NCBI GenBank assembly: GCA_963744405.1
Contig: CAVUTO010000018.1
Span: 881 to 64,880 of the forward strand
From: Vicinamibacterales bacterium
GTDB taxonomy: Bacteria > Acidobacteriota > Vicinamibacteria > Vicinamibacterales > JAMQPK01
DNA length: 64,000 bases
Reading direction: 5' to 3'
Shown in pieces: positions 45,332-54,639 of this stretch (the first letter of the stretch is position 1; the number at the start of each line of letters is the position of its first letter). Position numbers and translations under genes: made by a program. Below the pieces are notes generated by a model. That model was given only the letters and a program-made list of their open reading frames with translations, did no database searches and was not told the origin of the DNA.

Positions 45332-45560
45332 ACGCGACCATTACCGGCATCAGGCCATAAGTCTACGGACAGGTGTCTTGGCGCAGCGGACAAGTGCTTT
45401 CTGCACGTCTTCCCACGATTCGCGGGTGACGGCTTCGGCCTTCGGTTCGCGCCGGAATATGGGCAACCAGTGCCGCGGGAGCGGTTGGAGCGAGAAGCGG
45501 CATCCATAGCAATGGCGCGACCGTCTCGTGGTTCGAATCGTAACGTAACGTAGGAGAGAG

Positions 45561-46132
45561 ATGCCCGAAAGGTCGATTGGCTATGAGAACTTTGCGGGGG
45601 CCTTTATCCGCTCCCGGAGTTCCTCTATCGGGCCGACCGTTGTGCGGAGATGGGCCAAGGGGCTGCGGGCCGGTGCCTCGATCCTCGATATCGGATGCGG
45701 GAGTGGGGTTCCGATTTCGGAGGTGCTGATGCAGGAGGGGTTTGCGATTTACGGAGTCGATGCATCGGCAACACTGATCGCGAAGTTCCGTGAGCGATTT
45801 CCGGGCGTTCCGCTGGAATGCAGCCCGGTGGAGAACTCGCTCTTCTTCAGTCGCATCTTCGACGCTGCAGTCGCCTGGGGGCTGATGTTCTGCTACCTAT
45901 TGATACGCAACGCAGCCTGATCGGCAAGGTGGCTCGTGTGCTGAATCCGAATGGGCACTTCCTATTCACCGCGCCGAAAGAGGCCGGTACAGGCCCCGAC
46001 GGCATCACTGGGCTTCCCACCTATTCACTTGGACGAGAAGCGTACGAGCGGGAGCTCGTGTCACATGGTCTCCGATTGATCGGAAACGACCTGGACAACG
46101 GGGACAACTACTACTACTTCACGGCCAAGTGA
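45561..46132 (+). CDS. Class I SAM-dependent methyltransferase (frameshift near 45890 joins ORFs 45561-45920 and 45818-46132)
   Basis: Motif I 'ILDIGCGSGVPISE' and 'FDAAVAWGLMF', then in another frame 'LLPIDTQRSLIGKVARVLNPNGHFLFT'. Confidence 0.65.
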
Positions 46133-46143
46133 TCATGCGACCA

Positions 46144-46182
46144 AGGCCCGAGGACGGGCAAAGGAAAATCGGTGACAGGACC
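46144..46182 (+). repeat. Structured repeat, core-only copy E
   Basis: AGGCCCGAGGACGGGCAAAGGAAAATCGGTGACAGGACC lies 12 nt after the methyltransferase stop. Confidence 0.5.
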
Positions 46183-46198
46183 TGCGCGACGCGATGCG

Positions 46199-48532
46199 TT
46201 ACAGTCCAAAGCACACGATGGTGGAGCCGACAGCAATCGCGATGAACTGCTGTCCGTCAACGGCGAAGGTCATCGGCGAGGTCTTGATGGTGGCGTTCAG
46301 CGGAACGCGCCATAACGTTTTCCCGTCCCTCTCGTCAACGGCCACGAAGTAGCCGCTCGCGTCTCCGTAGAACAGGATGCCCGCCGCGGTCCCCAATACG
46401 CCCGCATCTCTTTTGCCGTCCGCTGGTCCGGCCTGCGGGATCTCCCACACGATTTTCCCGGTCTCGATATCGAGCGCGCGGAGATATCTCGCCGCAGGCT
46501 CCGCGCGCGGGCGCTCGGTTTTCCAACTGCCGGGCGACGGTCGGACGCTGCACTGCTCTGTGGCCTGAACGTAGTAGAGGCGTGTGACCGGGCTGAAGGT
46601 GGTGCTGTGCCAGTTCGTCGCGTGGCCGGGACAACTCACGCCGCTCTCGGGAATACGAATCGGGCGGCCATCTGCGCCAACTCCACTCGCCCAGGTCAGC
46701 TTTCGAACGAATTTCTCGGTAAGCAGTCGCTCACCGTTCGTGCGATCGAACACGTAGAAGAAGCCGTTCCGGTCTGCATGCAACAGCAGCTTTCGCTCCT
46801 GCCCGCGATACGTGGTGTTGACGAGGACATTGGGCTCGTTCGCATCCCAATCGCGAACATCGTGCGGTGTGAACTGGTAGTACCACTTCAGCTTTCCGGT
46901 GGCCGGATCGAGCGCGAGGACACAGTCGGTGAACAGATTGTCGCCGCCGCGCTCGCGATCGTCGGAATTCGGCCACGGATTGCCGGTAGCCCAGTAGAGC
47001 GTATCGGTCTCGGGATCGTATGAACCGGTCTGCCAGGTCCCTCCCCCGCCGGTGGCGACGGCCGTTCCCTTCCAGGTCTCAAAGCCTGGATCACCTTTGG
47101 CCGGAATGGTCCAGTGGCGCCAGACGCGTTCGCCGGTCGCGGCTTTGTAGGCCGAAAGGAATCCGCGAATGCCCCAGTCGCCGCCCGAGACGCCGGCAAT
47201 GACCATATCTTTGACGATGAGCGGCGCCATGGTCCCGCCGTAGCGCTGGGCCTCGTCGGGCATGACGACCTCCCATACCGGACGACCCGTGATGCGATGC
47301 AACGCAATCAAGCGCGCGTTGTCGGTGACCATGAACACGTGATCACCCAGAACGGCGACGCCACGGTTCGTGCCGAGTGACGCGTCGGAGACCAGTTCGG
47401 TCGAGCGCGGGCGCGAGTAATGCCAGATCTGATGGCCGGTGCGCGGGTCGAGCGCGAACACCTGGTTCGGCCCTGTCACGTACATGATGCCGTCGGCCAC
47501 GATCGGTACGGTTTCGAGGCCGAAGTACTGCATGTTCTGGCGATAGTACGGAGTGTCGGGATGGAATAGCGACCAGAGCGGAATGGAAAACGTCCATTTC
47601 AGGCTCAGCCTGCTCACGTTCGACTTGTCGATCGCGGTGAGCGGGCTGTAGCGGTTTCCGCTCACGTTTCCGTTGAACGTCGGCCACTCGCCGGCCTTCG
47701 GATTGAGAATCCTGCTGAAATCAATTCCCGTATCGGCACGCCCCCCCTCGACTCGATCGCTCGGAGCAGGCCGGACCACAGGTCCTGGACGTACGCCGGT
47801 CAGCCGGCTCAAATACGCGATCACGTCGCGCAACTCGTCGGCGCTCGCCTTCACAGCGCCCATGTGCGACGTTTTCTCGTCGGTGACGGACGCGACGTCA
47901 TCGAGCGACAACGTGTGAAACGCGCCTGTCAGGTCCTGAATAGCCACGTCGAAACTGCTGCGGCTTCGCGCGAAGCCGCGCAGCATTCGACCGTCGCGCC
48001 GGCGAACGGAAACCACGCCATAGCCGGGAGCGATCCGCGCGTCTGGATTCAGCAGCGCGTCTCGAATTTCGTCCACCGTCAGCGTCAGCGCAATATCCGA
48101 GAGATCGGGTCCGATCGCCGAACCCTCACCCTGCGCGAGGTGGCACGACACGCATTGCCCCTTCCCCGCAAAAAACTGGCGGCCCGCGGCGGCATCACCG
48201 GGAACGCTGGCGTTTGCCGCCACCGCGTTCCACGACGTGATGATCGTCGCGAGCGCATCGATCGTGTCGGCCGGAAGATCGAATGCGGGCATCCCTGCGG
48301 CGGCGATCCCATTTCGAATGACATTACGAAGGCTTTGAGGGGATCGCGCGCGAACCGACGGACTTCCAGCAAGTGCCGGGCCCTGCTCGGTGCCCCGCCC
48401 ATCGTCTCCATGGCATCCGCCGCAACGCGTCGAGTACGTTTGCTGGATCTCCGGAGGATTCTGCGCCCACAGCAAGGGGCTCAAGAGAGCCGCGATGGTG
48501 ATGGTGCCGAATTTGGTTGTCGCGTTAGCCAT
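46199..48532 (-). CDS. PQQ-dependent dehydrogenase fused to two N-terminal cytochrome c domains (quinohaemoprotein-like)
   Basis: The likely start is the ATG at 48532 ('MANATTKFGTITIAALLSPLLWA'). Haem motifs 'CGGCHGDDG' and 'CVSCHLAQG', then the propeller with 'DWGIRGFLSAY' and 'FTPHDVRDWDANE'. The ORF track extends to 48670. Confidence 0.8.
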   Translation of the reverse strand: MANATTKFGTITIAALLSPLLWAQNPPEIQQTYSTRCGGCHGDDGRGTEQGPALAGSPSVRARSPQSLRNVIRNGIAAAGMPAFDLPADTIDALATIITSWNAVAANASVPGDAAAGRQFFAGKGQCVSCHLAQGEGSAIGPDLSDIALTLTVDEIRDALLNPDARIAPGYGVVSVRRRDGRMLRGFARSRSSFDVAIQDLTGAFHTLSLDDVASVTDEKTSHMGAVKASADELRDVIAYLSRLTGVRPGPVVRPAPSDRVEGGRADTGIDFSRILNPKAGEWPTFNGNVSGNRYSPLTAIDKSNVSRLSLKWTFSIPLWSLFHPDTPYYRQNMQYFGLETVPIVADGIMYVTGPNQVFALDPRTGHQIWHYSRPRSTELVSDASLGTNRGVAVLGDHVFMVTDNARLIALHRITGRPVWEVVMPDEAQRYGGTMAPLIVKDMVIAGVSGGDWGIRGFLSAYKAATGERVWRHWTIPAKGDPGFETWKGTAVATGGGGTWQTGSYDPETDTLYWATGNPWPNSDDRERGGDNLFTDCVLALDPATGKLKWYYQFTPHDVRDWDANEPNVLVNTTYRGQERKLLLHADRNGFFYVFDRTNGERLLTEKFVRKLTWASGVGADGRPIRIPESGVSCPGHATNWHSTTFSPVTRLYYVQATEQCSVRPSPGSWKTERPRAEPAARYLRALDIETGKIVWEIPQAGPADGKRDAGVLGTAAGILFYGDASGYFVAVDERDGKTLWRVPLNATIKTSPMTFAVDGQQFIAIAVGSTIVCFGL

Positions 48533-48561
48533 GGCAGACGATCCGAAAATATCTGAGGAGT

Positions 48562-50116
48562 TCAGAGGTTTCGCAGGAATGCCAACAATGCGCTTCGGTC
48601 TTGGACATTCAGCGACAGACCGAAGGTATGCCCCGGCACGGCGCGCCTCGTCACACCGGGCGGATTCCACCCTTTCGGTTCGTAGTCAGGACTGAGACGA
48701 GCTACATCGAACATCTCTTCGAGAGTCGTGACCGAGGCATCGTGCAGCAGGCGCGGCCGATACCACACGCCGCGCAGCGAGGGAATCTTATAGAAACCAG
48801 TTCCCTTACGCGTCTTGAGTGCGAGCCCCGGATCGGTTCCCGCTGAGACAGGTGCAATGTCGTCGAGATTGGGGTGATTCGCCGGCGGTTCCCACCCCTG
48901 GGCGAGTGTGAGCTTCCCGCTCGTGTAATTCGGTGGCACGTGACAGTTCGCGCAGCCCTCCCGGCGAAAGACCTGTTCACCGCGCGCCAGCACGCTCGGC
49001 CTCTGCCGGGTTCGGATTCTTCGCAGGCTCGAGCGACATCAGGTACATCCCGATTGCATAGAGTACTTCATCGGCGTACCGGAACCGCACGCGGCGCTGC
49101 GCGTCGGTCAGGATGCGATGTGATCCGAAATCCATTGGATCGGCGCCCGTGATAAACGCGGCGTACCGGGCAGCATCCTCAGGTCCTCGGAGCCGATGAG
49201 TGCCCGTCGCATCCAGGTAACGGCTGTAGCGCAGGATGTGCAGGTCCGGAATCTTCGTTGCGTAAAACGGACTGCCGTGGGGGCGATTGAAGACGCCCGG
49301 ATCACCTGCAACAAGTGCCTGGAGTTCGCGATTGTCCGCGTTCCGACGACTCTCGATACGTTCGTCAGGCGCCCAGGGGACCGACCACATTCGCCACTGG
49401 AACATCGGGCGTGGATCGCCCTCGTAGAAACGCTGCATAGCCTCTGGGGCGCCAGCTGCCACGACTCCGATGCCGCGAGGGATCAGCACGAGACTTCCGG
49501 GAGGGCGCGGTCCTCTTGGAAGCGCAAAGGCGACGGTGCCATCCGCCCGAAACGCAACGTGACAGGCACTGCAGGCAGGCGAAGACAACCTCACGCCTCC
49601 CGGAGTTATCACCCAGCGCGGTCCGAAGGCGGTCCCGTCGGGAAGCCTGAAGACGCCTTCGAACGACCGTGGATCTCGGGCCCGCGCGATCAGAACCGGA
49701 TCATTCGTGCGGCTCCAGAAGTTATCTACTTCCCGAAACGCGCGTTCACCTGCTGCTATCCAACCCTGTGTGCTTCGAATCTCCGACACGTCCACAAGCG
49801 GCTCGGGCTTCTTCTTGTTCAGTTCCTCCCAATATCCAGGCGGCTCGCTGTCAGGATGATAGACGGGATAGGTGCGCAGGTTCTCCCCGGGGACGCTGTA
49901 GTACTCGGCCGACGAATAGTGGGATGGACGAACGTTGAGGCCCGCGACCGGCGTCGCCCAATCCGCCAGTGCAGTGTCATCCCAAATTCGGGGTATTTCC
50001 GTCGGCGCTTGTGCCACAAACGCCGCGGAAAACGCGGCCAGCAGCCCCAACCGGAGTACAGCGACTGCATTCATGATGACGTAAGGTCCTTGCGGGGAGG
50101 CGTCGCCGAGTATCAC
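48562..50116 (-). CDS. Di-haem c-type cytochrome protein of unknown function (frameshift near 48985 joins ORFs 48977-50116 and 48562-48993)
   Basis: Signal-like N-terminus. The first haem site is 'PACSACHVAF' and the second is 'EGCANCHVPPNY'. The C-terminal 'FGLSLNVQDRSALLAFLRNL' resembles cytochrome c peroxidase/MauG-like tails. Confidence 0.55.
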
Positions 50117-50163
50117 ATAAGTGCGCAGTGCCGAACAAGCTCAGAGCCCATACCACTGCGCAT

Positions 50164-51934
50164 TCACCGAGAGACCGGAGCGCTCACACCGCCATCGGCA
50201 ATAAACTGCGCCATCCGCTGCTCCAGCACCGGCAAGGGCACCGACCCGAGCGCCAGAATGGCATCGTGGAAGTGGCGCTGGTCAAATTTGGAGCCCAGCT
50301 TCTCCTCCGCCTCGCGACGATGCCGGCGGATCTGCAGCTCGCCAAGCTTGTACGCCAGAGCCTGCCCGGGCCATGCGATGTACCGCTCGATCTCGGTCGT
50401 GATCTCATGGTCGGAAAGCGCCGCGCGCGTGCGCAGGTAGTCCATCGCCTGCTCGCGACTCCAGCCGAACGCGTGGATTCCCGTGTCGATCACCAGCCGG
50501 CACGCGCGCCACATTTCGTATGTGAGCCGGCCGAAGTCCTCGTACGGGGTTTCATAAATCCCCATGACGGTGCCCAGCCACTCGGTGTAGAGTCCCCATC
50601 CTTCGCCGTAGGCGGAGAATGAGGTTCCGCGCCGGAATGCGGGGCGGTCGGGCATTTCGAGTGCGAGAGCCGCCTGAAAACTGTGGCCGGGTGTGCACTC
50701 GTGCAGCGTCAGGGCCGCAAGCGTGTAGAGCGGGCGCGCTGGAAGGTTGTAAGTATTCATCAGGCACGCTTCGAGCCCACCTCGCCCACCGGTAAAGATG
50801 GGCGCGAGCGCGTCGGGAACAGGCCGGATGCCGTGCCTGCGCCGCGGCAGGAACCCGATCGTCTCGCCGAGCTTCCAGTCGGCCTTCTTCGAGACGTACG
50901 CAGAGTACGACAGGAGCTCGCGCGGTGTCTTTGCATAGAACTGCGGATCGGTTCGCAGAAACTGGAAGAACTCCGCCATCGTGCCTTTGAACTTCGCCCG
51001 CTGCCTGGTCGCTTCCATCTCTTTCTCGATGCGCGCCACCTCCTTCAGGCCAATCTCGTGGATCTGCTTTGCCGTCAGGTTCAGCGTCGTGAACTTCTCG
51101 ATCATGGCCTGGTAGTAGGCCTCACCATCGGGCATCGCGGTCGCCGCGAGCGTCGTGCGAGCCTTCGGCACGTACTCGGTGCGCACGAAGGTGAGGAGCC
51201 GCTCGTATGCCGGCGCGACGACCTCACGGAGCACCGTCTCCGCTTCGGCGCGCATCGCCGCCTGGTCCGTCTCGGAGATGCTCGAGGGCATCTCGGTGAA
51301 CGGCGCGTACAGAGGATTGGCGGTGCCGCCCTTGACGTACGGCTCGATCGTCTTGTCACGCCCGGCGACCGACACGCGCGGCACCGTAAAACCGCGCGCC
51401 AGGCCGGCCCGCATATTGGTGACCTGCTCGTCGAAGTAGCGCGGCACGTCGCGAAGACGGCCCAGATAGGCGCGATAGGCGCTGACGGTGACGAAGCCCT
51501 GGCGCGGCGTGAAGTCGGTCCAGAAGAAGGTGTCGCTGTTGAAGGGCGCTTCGTAGGTCCGGAACTTGATCTCGTTCGAGAGCGCGTGAATGGAGGCGCG
51601 GAAGACCTGCGCGTTCACCTTCTCCACAGGCGAGAGCTCGTCGAGCGGGATGCTGTCGAGCGTCGCCAGCGTTCGCGTCCAGTAGGCCAGCCGCGCCTGT
51701 TGCGACGCGGCATTCAACCCTTGGGAAGTGATCGCTCGCACCCTCTTCGCCAGGCTGATCGCTACTCCGCGCCATCTCCTGCCGCCGCCAATTCCACTCT
51801 TCCGTGTAGAGGGCGCGGAGCCTGGCATCAGCGGAGCTGGTATCGCGCTGCGTCTCGGCGGGGGCAGGCAAGAGCACGAGAACGCCGCAGAGAACAAGAG
51901 AAGTCAGCGCGCTCGGAACGAAGGATTTCAACAT
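50164..51934 (-). CDS. DUF885-family protein (frameshift near 51750; the signal peptide and first ~55 aa are in ORF 51356-51934)
   Basis: '[26 protein letters not shown]...[17 protein letters not shown]' is followed by '[22 protein letters not shown]' and the '[11 protein letters not shown]' motif. Confidence 0.75.
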
Positions 51935-53367
51935 GGTGGCACCATGTCATCGGGAATGCCGAGCCCCGGCCCGCCGATGTCCGCGGTGCGGATGTATCCG
52001 TCGGTGATCCTGAAGATGCCGGGAAAACGGTGCTGCCATGGCTCGTTCGCCGCGGGAACGTACTGTCGCGCGTTGGCTTCGATGCCGGCGACCGCCGGAA
52101 CGCGAGCGGAGATGCCAGCCGAGTGGATAAGCGACGCGCCGGGACACGTGAGATCCTGCACGCACAGGAACATCTTGTACTTCTCGGCGGCAGCGGCCAT
52201 CAGCATCGTCTGGCTCTGGCCTTTGCAGGCTTTCAACGCCACACCCGTGTAGCCCATTTCGCGCGCGAGCACGAGACTTTCGAGATCTGTCAGCGATTCG
52301 TCGATGACGACCGGACGCAACCGCGCGGCTTCGTGCATGACATTCTGCCGGTTCGCTCTAGATTCCGCGCCGTCGGCTGCTCTACGTAGAGAATCCGCTC
52401 GAAGCCTTCGGGAGACCGGGCGCGGATTCGATCGAGACATTCGACAACGTACTGAGCGTCTGGGCAGCGCTCGTTGAAATCCAGGCAATACGCCATATCG
52501 GCCTGCCCTAGCGAGCGCGAGCGAGTCGAAGGGTAGGCGATCCGATCGATCGCCAGCGTCCGTTCGACGTCCCACGACAGATCGTCGCCCTGCAGCTTGA
52601 TCTTGATGCGCACGAGACCATCGCGCCGAATCCATTCAGACAGCGTTTCAGGCAATCCGTCGCGGACGGGGTTCTCGACGTCGCTGGTCTCGAGCGGATC
52701 GAGTCCGCCGACGCTGTGAAACACAGGGATTCGCTCCCGTCGCTTCGACAGCAATGCCCGGTCGAGCCGCACGCCGTGAAAGTCAGCACCGAGATAACGT
52801 GACACGTCGTGGGTCATCAGATCGGGGCTGTAGGTGTCGTAGACGTTTCGGTTGTGAACCTTCCCGAACGCATCGTGCAACGCCGCGTCGAATGCACTGG
52901 CGACGACGAGCGTGCAGAGCTTGGGGATGGGTTCGGTGAGCTTGCGCTCTGCGGAAACCTCAGCGGCGGCCTTCAGGCACTCGGGCTCGAGGACATGTGC
53001 AATGTCGAGTGGATGCCCGATCTCGGGGCAGTCGCCCGCCAGCCGCGCGATGCGCGATGCCAGGGCTTTCATGGCCTCGAGCGTCGTGTCGTACGACATG
53101 GTGGTTGATGGAAACGCCCACATGTTCCCCATCGTCATCGACCCGAAGCCCCAGGCGGTCTGGCCGTTTCGCGTCGTGACGCGACAGTGAACGTTCAGCA
53201 GCGTCACGCGGTCGACGACCCGGCCGCCGAACTTGTACGGCGCGCGGTACACGTGGTCTTCGTAGCCGTGAACAACTTCGGCGATGCGGATATCGGTGGG
53301 TTTCGGCGAGACGATCGCAACGCCGAGCGGTACGGCCGACGCCGGGCGCAGAACCTGCCGGCGCATG
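51928..53367 (-). CDS. Enolase-superfamily-like enzyme (frameshift near 52340-52390 joins ORFs 52290-53678 and 51928-52635)
   Basis: 'VRIKIKLQG', 'YCLDFNERC', 'ILYVEQPT' and 'PVVIDESL...[14 protein letters not shown]'. The ATG at 53367 lies 4 nt after the upstream gene's stop. Confidence 0.65.
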
Positions 53368-53371
53368 ACGA

Positions 53372-54310
53372 TTACATCGCCGAATAGGCTTCGGCGAGGC
53401 GCGCCTTGACAAACGCCAGATCGCGCGCGGCCGCGGTCAGTGTGTTCTCCTCTTCTGCCGCGGGTGTGGCGCCGGTGATCTCGTATTCCAGATGAAGCGA
53501 TACGGGACCGTGAAAACGCGCTTTCGCGAGCATGCCGAAGAACCGCTTCCAATCGACCATGCCCTCGCCTATGGGGCAGTTTCGCTGCTGCCACGAGCCG
53601 CCGGTCTTTTCCCAGAAGAAGTCCTTGAGTGCGATCATCGACAACCGCGGCGACACCAGGTCGAGCGCCGTGCGCCACCCGCCGTCTCCGCCTTCGACCA
53701 CGGCATGACGGACGTCGAAGTAATACCCGACGGTTGCCGCGTCGAGCGGCTCGATGAAGGGGGCAAAATCCCAGACCGGGCCGCCGATGTACCCCGCATG
53801 GTTGTGATACCCGATGCGCATCCCATGGACGCGGCTCAGATCGGCAAGTCCTCTCAGCAGCCCGCCTGCGGCTTCGAGCTCTTTGCGAACATCGACGAAC
53901 TTATATCGGTAGTAGCCCGGTTTGTAGAACGGAATCTTCAACCGCGCCGCGGTCTCGAGCGTCGGCTGCGCGACCGGATCCGAATCGGATAAAAGCTCGG
54001 TGGTGATCATCGGCACCGCGACACCCTCATGGCGGATGGCGTCGACGAACGCGGGCAGCTCGATCGCCACACGTTTCGGATCGACGTGCCCGCCAGAGCG
54101 CACCGTGAGATCGACGCCGTCGAATCCGAGCCCCTTCACCGCCCGGCCGACCTCGCGGGCGTTCATCCGCGGCAGGTGCTTCGAAAACAAGCAAAGAGAA
54201 CCGCGGAAGCCCGCATCGCGCTGTGCGCCGGATGCGCGAGCGACGGCGGGCCCCACGGCCGCCGCACCCGCCGCGATTTGAATGAAACTGCGCCGGCTCA
54301 GCGTTTCCAT
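53372..54310 (-). CDS. Sugar phosphate isomerase/epimerase (xylose-isomerase-like TIM barrel), Tat-exported
   Basis: Tat signal 'SRRSFIQIAAGAAAVGPAVARA'. 'GFDGVDLTVRSGGHV', 'IGYHNHAGY' and 'GPVSLHLEYE'. Confidence 0.8.
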   Translation of the reverse strand: METLSRRSFIQIAAGAAAVGPAVARASGAQRDAGFRGSLCLFSKHLPRMNAREVGRAVKGLGFDGVDLTVRSGGHVDPKRVAIELPAFVDAIRHEGVAVPMITTELLSDSDPVAQPTLETAARLKIPFYKPGYYRYKFVDVRKELEAAGGLLRGLADLSRVHGMRIGYHNHAGYIGGPVWDFAPFIEPLDAATVGYYFDVRHAVVEGGDGGWRTALDLVSPRLSMIALKDFFWEKTGGSWQQRNCPIGEGMVDWKRFFGMLAKARFHGPVSLHLEYEITGATPAAEEENTLTAAARDLAFVKARLAEAYSAM

Positions 54311-54409
54311 GGCTGCATCCTAGCTGCGAGCCGTGGTGTTTATCAAGTCAAGCCGGAGGGGTTGCTCGCCACTTGGCTCAGCAGTAGTCGACCGCCTCGT
54401 TGCGGAAAA

Positions 54410-54561
54410 GCCGGCCGGCTTGCACTCGTCCCACAGTGACGCGTTTCGCAGCCCTCATGGCGGGTGGCGCCGATTTTTCTTTGTCCGCCCCGCAGGGCCG
54501 TCTCTCGTGGCACGTGCTTGTCGGCCCGAGGACGGGCAAAGGAAAATCGGCGACAGGACCC
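54410..54561 (+). repeat. Structured intergenic repeat, copy B (long form)
   Basis: It aligns over ~150 nt with 63643-63791 with few mismatches. It has the same 20-bp arm pairing and core as copy A. Confidence 0.6.
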
Positions 54562-54607
54562 GCGCACCGGCTGCGAGAGACTGAGGGGTTAGCTCAGCTA
54601 AAGCTGA
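54561..54607 (+). repeat. Second repeat module (CGCGCACCGGCTGCGA ... TTAGCTCAGCTAAAGCTGA), here 3' of the core
   Basis: The same blocks occur at 25950-25993, where they lie 5' of the core. Confidence 0.4.
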
Positions 54608-54639
54608 TCGCTCGCCACTTGGCGACGGATCGTGACCGC

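Noticed and set aside
45208-45507. Minus-strand ORFs between the HExxH protein and the methyltransferase, for example 'WLPIFRREPKAEAVTRESWEDVQKALVRCAKTPVRRLMA'
   Set aside because: They look protein-like, but I cannot assign any family. The frames are broken and overlap the end of the 44228-45331 ORF. The evidence is insufficient.
45530-45539. GGTTCGAATC, a tRNA T-loop-like string
   Set aside because: The flanking bases do not form a T-stem, and no acceptor, D or anticodon arms can be drawn. I found no tRNA anywhere in the window.
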